A DNA stretch of 64,000 nucleotides, from NCBI GenBank assembly GCA_028534125.1, contig CM052817.1, positions 60,514,001 to 60,578,000 on the forward strand. The letters are read 5' to 3'. Under the pieces are notes generated by a model, which saw nothing but the letters and a program-made list of their open reading frames with translations, did no database searches and was not told the origin of the DNA. Both the position numbers and the translations under genes were made by a program. Below are positions 1 through 13,250 of the stretch, piece after piece (positions within the stretch are counted from its first letter, which is position 1; every line of letters starts with the position of its first letter). This stretch comes from Lama glama (Eukaryota).

Positions 1-929
1 TCTTCTGTATACACTCCCCCACAAAAGTCAGTTTTAGACTGTCTGCTTCTTGATTCAGGGCCCTTATTGTTATTTGTGTACATGTATGAGTAACCTACAT
101 TGATCCTAAAACATTTAAGATGGCTTAAAACAACTAAAGATAAGTGAGAAAATTGGAATAAAGCACCGGTAAGACGAGGAAAATATATGAAGCTTGGCGT
201 GAAGTTTATCACCACTCTTTCTAGGGTCCAAGATAAGTCCAGATCAGTTATGTGGTTTCCAGAGTATGTTAAAGTGCTCAGGGACACAGTTATTCTGGGC
301 GCTGAGAGAAAAGCATTTCTTTTTGTCATCATAAAGAACACACTATGTAAGCCGTTGACTCACTTAAAGGTTTAAAATCTAACAAAACTGCCCAATAGTT
401 CATAAAAATGGCAGTAGCTTTGTAGTATGCTAACAATAAATTTCCTGTTAAAGTTTCTCAAGGTCGCTTACAGACTGATACTAACGTGTGGTTTCAAAGA
501 AGCAATTCCGTGATGTGTGATTACTTGTGACTTTGTGTTTACAAGTGTGTGTGTGATAAGGTGGGGCATTTATCTCTGTAGAGATGGGATGAGGTTGAAG
601 GATCCTCAAGGCAAAAGGACATTACAAATCCAGCTCAGTAACACATATTTCTGTGGCATAATTAGAAAAATAGTAACTATGGTATCTAGAGGACATGGAA
701 AATCTTCGTCTTCACGTATATGTTCATATTTAATCTTTCCTGACAGGTGTCAACATCAACTGATTTATTTATTTATTTTATTTTTGTATTGTTGACTTTG
801 TTCTTATATTTCTTTAACATTTTATTAACAGTCGTCTATGTATACATTTGTGTGTTATTTATTCTCTCCCTCTCTCTCACACAAACATACAAATTTACGC
901 AAATGAGATCAAATAATACTTGTTTTTAT

Positions 930-1620
930 TGTTGAGGTTTTCTTTGTCCTTTTTCCTTCTTCCATCCCATCAACATCCTGCCTCTCATTCTTGCCTTCCA
1001 CCTAATATATTAACAGCCTAGTGTTATTAATTCCATATTTTTGTATACTCATAATCTATATAATATGTGTATATAACATATATAACATACTATACCACAT
1101 ATCCACATATACTTTCATGTATATGCAAACACATTGCCATTCATATCTAAACATATGTATATAAAGCATTTTGGTCATTATTTATTTTACCAAGAAGGGG
1201 ATCTTACAAGACACACTTTTTCAGTATCTTGCTTTTCTCACTCAGAATTATCTCATGGAAGTCTCTATGACTCTAAGTCGCCAGGCATCTCTAATTCAGT
1301 TTTTGAAATAACTGTATAATAAAGTCATGGAGAGAATTTATCACAGTCTGTACACTCATTCCTTTATCAGTGGGCAATGACTTTATTTATAGCCTTGATT
1401 ACTTCAAAATTGCTGCAGTAAATATCATTTACCTTTAGTATTGGAATAAATTGGAATAGATTCCCCAACATGAAATTGATCAGTCAGAGATATGCATAAT
1501 TTTCATTTTAGTAGATGTTGTTAATCACATGCCTAAAGGCTATAACACTTCACATTTCCACTAAAAATGTATAGTATTACCTTTTATTCATCCAGCAAAA
1601 ATAGCCAACTCCTGATAAGA
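930..1620 (-). mobile_element. Ancient L1M (L1ME-like) 3' region, degraded
   Basis: Antisense L1M-like phrases (tgctttttctcactcag, cattccttatcagtgggcaa, tgctgcagtaaatatc, cttcacatttccact). Boundaries approximate. Confidence 0.5.
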
Positions 1621-2275
1621 CACTACTTTGATTTTTATTTGAATTACATTAAATGTATATATTAACTTTAAAATATATTAATTGATTTTACCAAAGATTT
1701 ACTAAGTATGCTGAACAAGCTACTTACTCTACGTGCACTACTGGCAATTTGATGAATATTAGCTGGTAAAGACAATAAAATAGAAATTTAGTTAGAAACA
1801 AATATCCTAAACCACATTTGCACCTTCCCCAACTCGTTCAGTTAATTATGGAGCAGTATAGGGTGTGCCCGGCTTTATATGTATCTTTAAGTGTTGTTTC
1901 TTACTTCTAATTTTTGGTGAGATTATTTTCTATTCCTTTACTCTTTACCCTTAGCTTATTTCTGCAGATTATCTCAGGTTATATATTTGTAAGAAGTTGA
2001 AATAATGTATATCATAATTTGTGGTTAGTGTATACTTATTTGATAAAGAGTGTTTTCCTGTTAAGCTATAAGGTCCACTGGGGCAAGGACTGTGCCAAAA
2101 ATTCTTGTCATTTTTTTCCTCCAGATCATAGTGGAGTACCTACAATAGAAAACATTGTATGAGTGAATGAATTTATGAATGAATTAAATGTTTGACATTA
2201 GAACTCCAACAAAATTTTAAATTCCCTTTTGCACAGATATAAAGCTGCCTTATTTTCTGTATAATAATACTAAGC

Positions 2276-2533
2276 CAGTGGTTTTCAAATGTTTTTGGCC
2301 ATCATTTACACTAAGAAATACTCTTCAGTTAAAAAAAAACACTGATGTAGCTGAGAACACATATATATATATTTGTTCCATAAAGTATTTATCTCTACTA
2401 TTTGCATTGAATTCTTAAGTTATTTATTTATTTATTCTATTTTATATGATTATATGTCAGTTTTTATGCAACTCAAGAACAATTAAACTAATTTTATTAG
2501 CTATGAAAGGGATAAAATAGTTTGAAAAACACT
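2276..2533. mobile_element. hAT-Charlie non-autonomous DNA transposon (Charlie18a-like)
   Basis: Ends cagtggttttcaaat ... agtttgaaaaacact form imperfect terminal inverted repeats; internal taagaaatac motif. Confidence 0.55.
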
Positions 2534-2569
2534 TCCATCTGAGAGAGGTAATATTAACAATAATATAAT

Positions 2570-2800
2570 ATTACTAACACTCATATAAGGCATACTTACT
2601 GTATATCTGGTACTGTTTTAAGCACTTTAAATGTGTCTTCTTACTTACTCCTTATGACAGAGTATGGAGCTATTGCCTGGGTACAGGGAGGCACTGAGAG
2701 ATAAAGGACTTCGCCCAGGGCACAGCAAGCAGCAGCCGTGGGATTTGAGCTAGGCAATGTCTTTCTAAAGTCAAAGCACTTAACCACAGCAGTCTGTTGC
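2570..2800 (-). mobile_element. MIR SINE
   Basis: Antisense MIR 3' and core motifs (gtactgttttaagcacttta, cttcgcccagggcacag, gggatttgagctaggca, cttaaccac). Confidence 0.7.
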
Positions 2801-3412
2801 CTCTTCATTAGCAAAAGCCTGGCTTCCCATTGTCATTCTACAGGCTACAGTGGCCCGGAGGGCAGGGTGTGGAAGGTCATGAGGATGTGACTCAATGGAT
2901 GTGACTCAAAGAAACCAAAGTTCTGATGCAAGTGATTCTTAGTAATTCTCATTTCTAGCTCTGTTTTCAAATACCAAGCAGCCATATTTAGGACACTGCA
3001 AGTTAAAACTTGGCCCTGCGTTGGTAATCATTTCTGTTCTGCCTCTCCGTGATTCCGGGCTTGTCTGATGCACTCTTGTGCCCTGGAGAGATCAGTGATG
3101 TTGAACTGGAACAAGCAGCAGCTCCAGCCTTACAGGCCATCAGGAATCTATCACATTTGGGATCTCTGGGATCATGATGGGTGTGATCTTTGGTAGTGTC
3201 TTCAAAGTAAGCACAGGCCCAAGTGTGCATTATGCGGTAGTGTTGATGAGGGTGGACTGTGTGATCATTTTAGAGAAATTCAGCCAAGGCGAGTAGTCAG
3301 TAAAACTGATGTTTTCCTACCTTAAAGTCATTTCTGTTCATGGTAATGTTTTCAAATTGTACTCTGTTTATGCTTTTACAATTCTGTGTACTCTGAACAC
3401 AGACTAAGATGC

Positions 3413-4049
3413 TGTTGCCGGTGGATGCAACCGGTGTTCCAGGTTCTTATCTTGTCCCAGAAAGAATTCAGAGACAAGACGTAGTGGTTAAGAAAAATAA
3501 AGTGAGGATTTATTAGAGGATGGATAGTATACTCTCAAGGGGAGAGCGGGCAGGCTCAGGTGAGTGGCTGCCCTATGTTTCTTCTTTGGCAAGTTAGTTA
3601 CATTGGGTGTAAAAATGAATGGGTGGAATATTCATTGAGGAGGGAAGGGCTTGTGGTCGTATTTCCTGATTATCATCCCAACTCCACCTTCGCAAAGGGA
3701 GGAGAGATTTTTGTCCTTATTTAGTCTGGATCAGAAGTGTCACGGTTGTCAGTGCATGATGGGTACTTCTGATCTGTAAGGCTAATTTTATTGAAATGAG
3801 GGTAAAATGAGCAAAATGTTACATTCAGACACTGGGAATTCTGGCCTTTTTCACCTTTCTTTGTTGGTCTCCAGGCCAAAAGGTGTGGCCCCTTATCAGC
3901 CCAAAGTTTCCTGCTTTTCTTTCTCTGCCCAGGGACCCCTGCTGCTTACATGATGGTTGGCTTGTGCCCCTGCTTTCTGCCCAATTCCTGCCATTTGGTC
4001 TGTGTGCCCCTTTTCTCTGCTCATATCTAGCTATCTGCCTGCTCTCACA
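3413..4049 (-). mobile_element. Solo LTR, ERV1-class, relatively young
   Basis: TG...CA termini; 4-bp flanks ATGC (3409-3412) and ATAC (4050-4053) fit a TSD with one mismatch; minus-strand AATAAA at 3509-3514 followed by GAATTCTTTC as in ERV1 LTR U5; GC and CpG higher than the flanks. Confidence 0.75.
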
Positions 4050-4199
4050 ATACCTCCTTTATATCTGACCATAGAAGAATTCAAGAGTATACAAGTCACT
4101 TTTTAATTTCTTTGTACATATACAGCTAAAAGCTCTAAGGTGCTGGATCATTTCATCTTTCTCATTTCCCATTTTATCTCCTGTCAAAAAGCTCAGGCC

Positions 4200-4400
4200 A
4201 GTGGTTAAGAAAGAGTATAGCGGTCAAGGAGAAAGGATCACAGTCACAGTTTTGGGTCTGCCGTGTGATGAACGAGTTCGTTTGGGCAAGTTATTTAATA
4301 TGACACTGTAATCTGTAAAATGAAGAAAACTAGTACTTTGTATTGGGTTTCTGAAGATTAAATTGTCCCCATATTGTCTGGCATACTATAAACCCTGAAT
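4200..4400 (+). mobile_element. MIR SINE
   Basis: gtggttaag ... ttgggcaagttatttaa ... atctgtaaaatgaag ... gaagattaaat. Confidence 0.65.
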
Positions 4401-6109
4401 TAGATAGTAATTCTAATTTCCAAAAATCAGATGCAAAAGGTAACAAGCAGTAGGCATGTAATTCTGTGGTAACTAAGATAAACTTCTGATAGGTTTTCAA
4501 CACTAATAAAAACAATTTGAATTTTCAGATGATTTAGAGATGTTAAGACTGAAAACCACATAAAATATTGATGTCTGTTATTTGCTCCTCTGACTCTTTT
4601 CAAAGAGCATGCTTCTTTTATTAATGTGACAGATGTGTGGATTTTGTCCATTCTCTCCTTTATTAAGATGGGCTGTAAATTTTCTTTGTTATAAATAGGA
4701 CGGAGCACCATCTGACATCATAGTGACAGGGGCTTTCAAAAGATGCTTGTAAATTTCTTTACTTTAGTAATTAGCAACTAGTAACTTTACATGCTTGGTG
4801 GAGAATAAGAATGAGACATGTTTTACAACATATGTATTTTTTTTTTCCCTATTGTGTATATTTCTAGAGGAACAGCTATGGTCCTTCTCCCTATATCTTT
4901 GGGACAAAACTATAAGCAGCAGGAGTCTGGTCTTCCCCACAGTGCTTAACCCTGCATCTTGCAGTCTGTTCATGCTCTGGAAGCATGTTTTCACTCACCA
5001 GGCACTGACTGAGGATGTCGTGTGTGCTTAGTGTGGTGCTTGACACTCAGCTTTTGAGTGGACAACTCAAAAGCTGAGGGAAAAAATTAAAATAAATTAA
5101 TGAAAGATGATACAGGCTATGAACAGACCTAAGAAGTAATGAGTCACAGAAGGTGAACTACTACTTCTATTGCTGCTGAAAAGAGCAGCTATTCTCTGGG
5201 GCCCTTCTTTTCCCATGTAGACCTCTGAAGTCACAACGAAGTTGGGGACAGTTTTTGAACTCAGATACATTTGTGCCAGCAACTAAGTGAATTTTGATGT
5301 TCAAGCAGAAAATGCCACAATCACTCCAGCCTTACCACCAAATGAAACTTTGTCAGATCTCTAAAGACTTAAGTTACAAATTTTTAAAATCATGGTCTTT
5401 ATGTTAAAATATTTTTGTCCTCTCTGAGATTCAAAACTGCCACATTTTTCAGAAAGAGGCCATTACTGAAACATAAAGTTTCTCCTGCAAGTTCACAAGT
5501 GCCTTCCCTGCTTCCTTTCTTTCTAGATATAGGTCCCCTGGGCTACATTGAAAAGCGTAATCTTCTCTGTTAGAACCATATAAATACAGTGAACCCCAGT
5601 AAAAACAGACGGTTGGTGTGATCATTTTTAACAGCTCTGGAGATGTCCATATGCTATTCAGCAATGTGGCATCTGCATGGTCCTTTTAGTTGTGGAGAGT
5701 ACTTTAAACACAAGCGATTTTTAAGCAACAAGATGTCAAACTGTTCATCCGTGTAAAGTAAATCAGTGCTTCTGTACTCCTCAGTACAATCAGTGAAAAC
5801 CCTTAGAGTGCTCTTCACCATCTATCCTCCCCAGGTGCGTGCCATGTTCTTCTAATACAGCTACTTTATTGGGCCTCCAAGTCCAAAAATTGTGTGAGGT
5901 AAAATACTCACTCAGTTAACATTGGAGTCGCTCAGTCACTGCTGTACTGGCATTTCTCAACAATGAAGCATGGGAGGGTGCTTCTGGTTATGGACCCTAC
6001 ATCCTCCTCTCATACAGCTATGCACTGCCAAGTCTAATTGAGGCACATTCTACACACATAAGTAAAAGTAAACTTTATAGAATAAGAGATGTTCAGTAAC
6101 GTTAATTCT

Positions 6110-6640
6110 TTTTTATTGAAGTATAGTCAATTTACAATGCTGTGTTAGTCTCTAGTACACAGCATAGTGATTGTTATACACACAACAATATGTATATATT
6201 CTTTTTCGTGTTCTTTTTCTTCATCAGTTACTACAAGATATTGAATATAGTTTCCTGTGCTATACAGTAGAAACTTGTTTTTTTATTTTATATATGGTAG
6301 TTAGTATCTGCAAATCCAAAACTTCCAATTTATCCCTCCCTCTTCTCCCCCCCCCCCCCCGGTAAATGTAAGTTTGTTTTCTATCTGTGAGTCAGTTTCT
6401 ATTTTGTAAATAAGTTCATTTGTGTCTTTTTTTAAGATTTCACATATGAGTGATATCATATGGTATTTTTCTTTCTCTTTCTGGCTTACTTCACTTAGTA
6501 TGATAATCTCCATGTACATCTATGTTGCTACAAATGGCATTATTTTATCCTTTTATGACTGAGTAGTATTCCATTGTATACATGTACCACAATTTCTTTG
6601 TCCAATCATGTCAGTGGAATTTAAATTACCTCCCAATTAA
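6110..6640 (-). mobile_element. 5'-truncated L1 (artiodactyl-type 3' UTR plus ORF2 C-terminal tip)
   Basis: Minus ORF 6301-6519 contains IILSEVSQKEKEKYHMISLICEI (L1 ORF2 end); poly-T start; 9-bp TSD GTTAATTCT at 6101-6109 and 6641-6649. Confidence 0.92.
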
Positions 6641-7651
6641 GTTAATTCTGACACACCTAGAATATCTCCAGATTCTTTTGTCTTGAATCTCTAACTAAAA
6701 CCATGTGTTATATTATTATTCTAAGCCCTATCTCCTTTCTTTTTTAAAATACCCTTCCATTCTGAACCTTTAACTTCAGGCAGATTAAAAACAGGTGGAA
6801 GAGGTAATAATTACATCTTGACAGATACTTTATTGAAAAATTTAGCATGCAAAATAATCTTCACTGAAGTAATTTGGGGGGCAATCAATCCAATAAGTCA
6901 ACATTGCAAAAGTAAGAAAGAAAATGGCTGAGCCTGATCAAGATTTTGTGGCTGTCCTATTCAATGTTCTTATATTTGTTCACATTGGTTAAGTATCCAC
7001 TCAGTCATAAGCAGAAGTACATTCATTCATTCATTTACTCATGAAGTATTTATTGAATACCTACTATGTGCCAGGCACTGTATTAGACCCCCTACAATAT
7101 GGCTGTGAACAAAACAAAGATGCTTAACATTAAGAAACTTACAATCTAGTGGTAGGAGACAGAAACTAAATAAACATGTAAAAGATATTGTACATCAAAT
7201 AATGATCAATGCTGTAGAGGGAAATAAAGTAGACACAATGGATAGAACATAGGTAAAGGGATGGAGATAGAGATTTTGATTAAAATGAACATGAATGGTA
7301 TTGCTAATGAAGTGGTATTTGAGCAGATGACTGATGCAGACAGTGGAACAAGCTGTACGGACACAGGGCAAAAGCAAATAGAGTGAAAGGGTGAACAAAT
7401 ATAAAAAACTGGGACAGAAGCTTTCTCTCTTTGTTCAAGGAAAAGGAAAAGACTGGTGTGGTTGGATCCAAGGGAAGGAGAAAAATAGTAGCAGGAGTTG
7501 AGGTCAGAGTTTGTATTAAGCCTGATAAGCCATTGAAAGAACTTTGGCTTTTACTCTGAATCGTAAAGCTACCAGAGGTTGTGGAATGGAAGTGATGTGT
7601 TGTGATTCATATTTTAGAATGTTTATATTGCTTGCTAGTCTGTTGTGAATA

Positions 7652-7671
7652 GTGTGTGTGTGTGTGTGTGT
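7652..7671. repeat. (TG)n microsatellite
   Basis: About 10 TG units seen directly. Confidence 0.9.
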
Positions 7672-8249
7672 ACATGATAACAAGGGCAGAGGAAGAAAGA
7701 CCATTTAGGAGCTTAATGCAGTAATAAAAGCAACAGATTAGGGTATTTTGGAGCAAGGCAGGAGAAAGTGGCCCTGTTTGGGATAAATTTCAAATTTCTT
7801 TCTTACGCTTTTCTTTCTTAATGGAGAAGTTAAGTATGATTTCAAGGCTCTGGCCTAAGCAACAGGAAAGACTGATGCTGTTTACTGAGATGGGAAGATT
7901 ACAGGCGGAGTAAGTTTTGTGGAGAAGGTGAGAAATTCAGACCTAGACAAGTTATGTTAAAATGCCTGTTAGAAACCTGAGGAAGAGATGAAAGTAACTG
8001 GGCGTTTAAGACTAGAGTTTCTGGAAGAGGTCCAGGCTGTAGATTAAAAATAAATGCATGGAATCAGCACATAGATCATATTTAAAATCATTTACTGAGT
8101 GAGTGAAATAGAGAAAAGAGGTCCAAGTACTGACACCTGGAATTTCCAACATTAAGCAGTAAGAAATATGAGCAGGAAAGAGCAAAGGAGACTAGAAGAA
8201 GCAGCTGGTGAAATAGTGAAACCGAGAGTGTGGTATGTTTGAAGCCAAC

Positions 8250-8895
8250 TGTATCAATCAGAGTTGAAACCAAGAAACAGAACCAGGAGGAGATATATAT
8301 TATGATATTTATTGCAAGGAATTGACTTACATGGTGGTGGGGGCTGGCTTGGCAAGTCTGAAATTTGCAGGGCAGGCTGTCAGGAAGGGCAGGCAGGAGC
8401 TGAAGATGCTGTCCACAGCTGGAATTATTTCTCCTCTTTCTCCCTGTCCTCTTCCCCGTGGCCTGCCCCGTTTGTCCTCATCCTCCACCTCGTCCTCATC
8501 ATTTTCTTCCTCCTTACTTTTCTTGTTTAGAAAAGCCTGGATTCTATCGCTTTGCTGTACACCTGAAACTGACAGTGTAAATCAACTACACTTTAGTAAA
8601 AAATGTTTTAAAAACTCAAAATATATATATATATTATATATATATATATAATATATATATATATAAAATTTCCAGAATCTCAAAAAAAAAAAAAGAGAGA
8701 AGAAAAGCCTCAGTTTTCATCTTAAGGCCTTTCAACTAATTAAATCAGGCCCACCCAGATGATCTGGATAATCTTCCTCATTTAATGTCTGTTTATTTTT
8801 GACTTTAATCATATCTTCAAGAAAACACCTAGATTAGTGTTTGGATCCTTGGGACTATATCCTAGCCAAAGTAACACATCAAACTGTCCGTTGCA
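8250..8895 (-). mobile_element. MLT2-family (ERVL) solo LTR
   Basis: TG...CA ends with perfect 5-bp TSD CCAAC (8245-8249, 8896-8900); MLT2 motifs ttaaggcctttcaact, ggcccacccagat, cctagccaaagtaacacat. Confidence 0.85.
8539..8700 (+). mobile_element. Short L1 3'-end insertion with (TA)n and poly-A tail, nested in MLT2
   Basis: gctgtacacctgaaactgacagtgtaaatcaactacacttt is an artiodactyl L1 terminus; 10-bp TSD AGAAAAGCCT at 8529-8538 and 8701-8710. Confidence 0.85.
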
Positions 8896-9032
8896 CCAAC
8901 TATAGAATAAAAAGAAACAAGTGATCAACTGTGTCACTTGATGTGGGGAACTTGAATGCATTGACCATTGAATTTACCTTCTGGGAGGTCATTTGTGAAT
9001 TTGACTACAGCAGATTCTTTTTTGGAATGGAA

Positions 9033-9476
9033 CTGTTTCCTATGGTTGCTGTAATAAATCAACACAAACTGGGTGATTAAAAATAACAGAAATGTATTCT
9101 TTTGTAGTCCTGGGGGCCAGAAGTTCAACACTGGTCCTGTTAGGTTGAAATAAAGGTGTCAGCAGACCATGTTCCTCTGGATCTCTAAATCGCCCCTTCT
9201 GGTGGCTGCCAGCATTCGTTTGCTTGTAGTGACACCAGTCTCATCTCTGCCTCCATCTTTACATTGCCTTCTTTTCTGTGTGTATCAAATCTCCCTTCTC
9301 ACTCTGATTGGAAGTGTGATTGGATTTAGATTCCTCCCTCCCCAGATAATCCAGTATAATCTCTTCACCTCAGGGTCCTTATTTTAATCACATCTGCAAA
9401 GACCCTTTTTCCTAGTGAGCTAGTTTTCATAGGGTTCAACTGATACCTTTGGGTGGCTATGATTCAGCCTGCTACC
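9033..9476 (-). mobile_element. MLT1 (MaLR) LTR, MLT1C-like
   Basis: ggttgctgtaataaat, aaactgggtgattaaa, ggccagaagttc, ttaatcacatctgcaaagaccctttttcc, attcagcct. Confidence 0.85.
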
Positions 9477-11439
9477 GAGGTAAAGTCTGATTGGAATGGT
9501 CCAGGAAAGTGACCTATTTCAGAATGTTTCTGTAAAGAGGGTCAAAGAAGTGGAGTGCTGGCTCAGGGAAGGGTAGAAATCATACCCCGAAGTCATACTC
9601 ACAGAGCTTTATTTCTTTGCACACAAACAGCCTCCAAACATACATGATTCCAGTTTTACATATTTCACTCTCTCATCATACCTGGCCATTCATCTCTCTT
9701 AATATTTTTAACTAAAGCACCCATGGTAGGTTAGTAGTAGTATTGATTGCACATTGAAAAAAACTTGAAGGCACTTGATAGATAAGAGATAGCCTTCATG
9801 AGCCTAAATAGTATTTTAGAATCTCTTCAGGTTTTTTTTTCAGTTTTGCCTTATAAGGGTAAATCTTTATTCTTGAAAGTTGCAGTTAATACCACTTTGA
9901 AAGCATTGCATATATTTGTCCAGTTTGGCCTGTATCTCTTATCATATCTGACTGTGATTCCTCTATATTGTATTCCAAAACTCTGAATTACTTTACTTCT
10001 ACATTTTTAAAATAGGTATACTGGAGTTGCCAATTAAAAAATAAATTCCCATATGCTTGTTTCTTTATTTGCTTTCCAAATCATTTGAACCCTGTTCTAT
10101 CTGTGGCACATAGCGTAAAAGATATCTGGAGGATAAGGGGACTAATATGAAAAGAATGTCTTACTTTTTTTTCCGTAATTCACAACAAGACCTAGGAAAC
10201 TTTAATTTATTCTGAATGTCCATTTCTATTATTTATTGACTGGTATATAGCATGTGAACAGTAATTAATACATAAGTAAGTACTTAATAAATATTGATGA
10301 ACAAATGAGTGAATAAACAGCAAAATTATACACAAGAAACTTTATGTTATGTTTATTATTATTCTATGGCTATTAAAGGCACTTACAAGCAACAGATTTT
10401 AACTGGTGTGTGTATACATTTAGGAATGTATGCTTTTATAGGTGAAAAAAGGAATTACTTGTATGTTTCATATAGTTTAAGAACTTAAAAAAGAATATTT
10501 CTTTTGAGGAAAGCATTTGGCTGCACAATGTTATACTCAAAAATGGTACAATATAATAGTGAAGAAAGAATTTAGTCTCTAAAATGAGACAGACATATAG
10601 TATTGACTAATATTTTTATTATTGTCAGTCATCATTATCATCATGGACAGCTGTCTTTTACTCAGATTTAATAGCATGGCTAGTCTTTTCAGACTTTTTA
10701 TGACATGAATATACTTCTTCGCTTGACCAATTTTCTGCATAGAATTTATTTGAAAGGCCCTTAAAATTCCCTTATAAAATCATATACAGTGTAAATACCA
10801 AGTAAATGAATAAAATATTGTCAAACTCTATTAATATTTTTTTTGCTTTTTTTGAAACTGTTGCATACCCAAGTGACACAAAGATTGCTGTTTAAGTCCT
10901 ACATTTTGCCATCGAAATCCAGATCCCCATATTCAATTGCCTTCTTGCCTTCAGCTTTTGGATACTTCAAGAGCACCATGTTTAAGGACACGTTTGTGAT
11001 CTTCCCGTCCCATCTTTGCCAAAATCTAGTCCTCTTTACTCTTCTGTTTTCACTGTGTACCACCATTGTCCGTCCAGTTGAGCAAACCATGATCTAGCAA
11101 TTGTTCTTGATAACTCTTTCCTTGCTTCTCATACCTATCCTCTCACAAAGACCTCTAATATTCTCTCCAAATAACCCCCCTCAAATCTTACTCCACCCGT
11201 TCCTCAAATCTCAGCTCAATCATCACTTCTTGGGGAGACCCTCCCTACTGTTCCCTCTTCCCTTCCCGATACCCGTTGAGATGTTCCTGGCAAATAACTG
11301 TTTTCATTCCATGTACCTTTACTTTGCAGCAATGACAATGGTAATTTTATATTTTTAAAAATTATTTGATTTGAGTTTATCTAAGATCCTTCAAAGAAAC
11401 ATGGTGTCTGTTTAGCTCATCATTTTATCTTTAGAATCT

Positions 11440-11707
11440 AGTGTTTTTGAAAATGTCAGTTGAAACCTATTAGTGCATAGTAAAATCAGATTAGTGAGAA
11501 TCATGAAGTATTGTTTAATAAAATAAGGTAGAATAAAAAAATTTGTCAGAGTGAATAAAATGTAATAAACATGTGTATTGTATGCTGCAACTTTTTTTTC
11601 ACTTTTGAGCATATCTGTGTATTCATACATTATACATTTGTGTGTGTATGTCTTGAGGTAAAATATATTTCTTATTATAGGTCTCAGCCAAAAATTATAA
11701 AGCCATG
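11440..11707. mobile_element. hAT-Charlie non-autonomous element (Charlie18a-like), opposite orientation to the 2276 copy
   Basis: agtgtttttgaaa ... gtaaaatatatttcttattataggtc ... aaagccat. Confidence 0.5.
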
Positions 11708-12335
11708 GATGTAGGGACTTGACTGATACCTAGTATGCATTCAATACATATTTGTTTAATCAATCAATTGAGTGCCTTTTCCCCCTCCTTTTATTGCTCA
11801 GTTTGGCCTTATTAGGGTATAGACTTGTGAATGAAGTTTGCAAATAAGAAGGTATACGTCTATATAGTTTTTTGAAAAAATACTGGTAATTCATAAGATT
11901 CTCAAGCAAAAGTTTCTACCTTAATTTAATGCTAGTCCAGTCAATGAATATAAATATTGTTATTAAGTAGCTAAATAGTTCAACTTCGTTATTAATAATT
12001 TTCATAATGTTGCATTAGATTTCAGTTTAATTCAATTCCCACTGTTGCCTTAATCAGTATTAATGTATTCTTTATTAGTAGTCAGATAGAATGTTTTTTT
12101 AAAACAATACTGGCAACTTTATGCACTCATATATTCCACAAACATTAATTGGGTGCCTACTTTGTGCAAGGCATTCTGCCAGGACTTGGATACACTAAAA
12201 TGAATATGATAACTTCAAGGAGCACTTACTTTTGAAAACTAATCAATTAATTCAACAAGTATCTTTTGAGTACTTTTTATGTCCAAGGAGGTATATTCAA
12301 GTCTGAATCATACAATGATGAAAAATCTAGATAGT

Positions 12336-12720
12336 CTGTGTCCCTGACCCTGAGACAAGGATTCAAGTTCAAATAATTGATTAGAGAAGTGAGCCCAGGA
12401 AACACTGACAGGAAGTGGGGAAGGAAGACAGGAAAAGGAAGCACCCAGTAAGGAACTAGTTTTCAAGAAGTTACCTTTACAAATAACGGGAATTTAATCC
12501 TGCTGGGAACTCTGGGAACTAGTGTAGAAGTCACCTCAGTTACCCTACCTGATAATTTTCAATCTGTTGTAGGCTGTTCCCAGGCACTTGATTTCTCAGA
12601 CACTTGTGTCCTGCCCTGCAGGTGGGGAAGGTCCTGACACAGATTTGCAGATATTGGCACTATTTGCATCTAAGTACCTTAGAAAGGTGAGACCTGGGGA
12701 AAGGGTGGTTGTAGTTAAGG
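12336..12720 (-). mobile_element. LTR33-like ERVL LTR
   Basis: gaccctgagacaaggattcaagttcaaataa...gtgagcccaggaaacac...gaagtggggaag resembles the LTR33 consensus. Confidence 0.7.
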
Positions 12721-13039
12721 AGTCAGCCTCAGAAGATTGAGTGTAATGAGTGTCCTGGGCCTCACGTAGTAATTCAGTTTAAATGAGTGTGTGAGTACTT
12801 CCAACTGTTGTTTGAAACTGAAAAATGTAAGTGTCATCTAATTGACTGATGATCTCCTTTCAGTTGTCTGTCTCCTGTATGGGAATCAAATATCTACTCT
12901 TTAGCCTTCTCCTCCTGCAGTCTCTATTTTTAAATTATTGAATTACTCTCAAGTTATTTGATTATTTTCATTGCTCTGTATTGCACCCTCTCTAAGAGTT
13001 CCAGATATTTATAGGAATACAAATATGAGTATGAACAAG

Positions 13040-13250
13040 TATAGCTAATGTTTGTTGAGTTTCTTATGATACACCAGTAACTGTTAATAAGTTTATATAA
13101 GTAACCTTATTTACTCTTTACACTTTGAAGTCCTCATAGATCCTCATTTACAAATAAAGATTGAAGAAATTGCCTCAAATTTCAGAGCTAATAAATAATG
13201 AGATCAAGACTGAAACCCTAATCTGTCTGTTTCCAAAGACCGTACTTTTC
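13040..13250 (-). mobile_element. MIR SINE
   Basis: atagctaatgtttgttgag ... tcctcatttacaaataaagattga ... ctaatctgtctgtttccaaag. Confidence 0.6.

Larger units (their letters stand above)
7020..9570 (-). mobile_element. L2 LINE, interrupted by MLT2 and MLT1 LTRs
   Basis: (CATT)n tail then tatttattgaatacctactatgtgccaggcactg; L2 body continues to 8249 and resumes at 8901-9030 and ~9477-9570. Confidence 0.85.

Noticed and set aside
8322..8651. 109-aa Ser-rich ORF
   Set aside because: Lies within the MLT2 LTR, a pyrimidine tract and the L1 insert.
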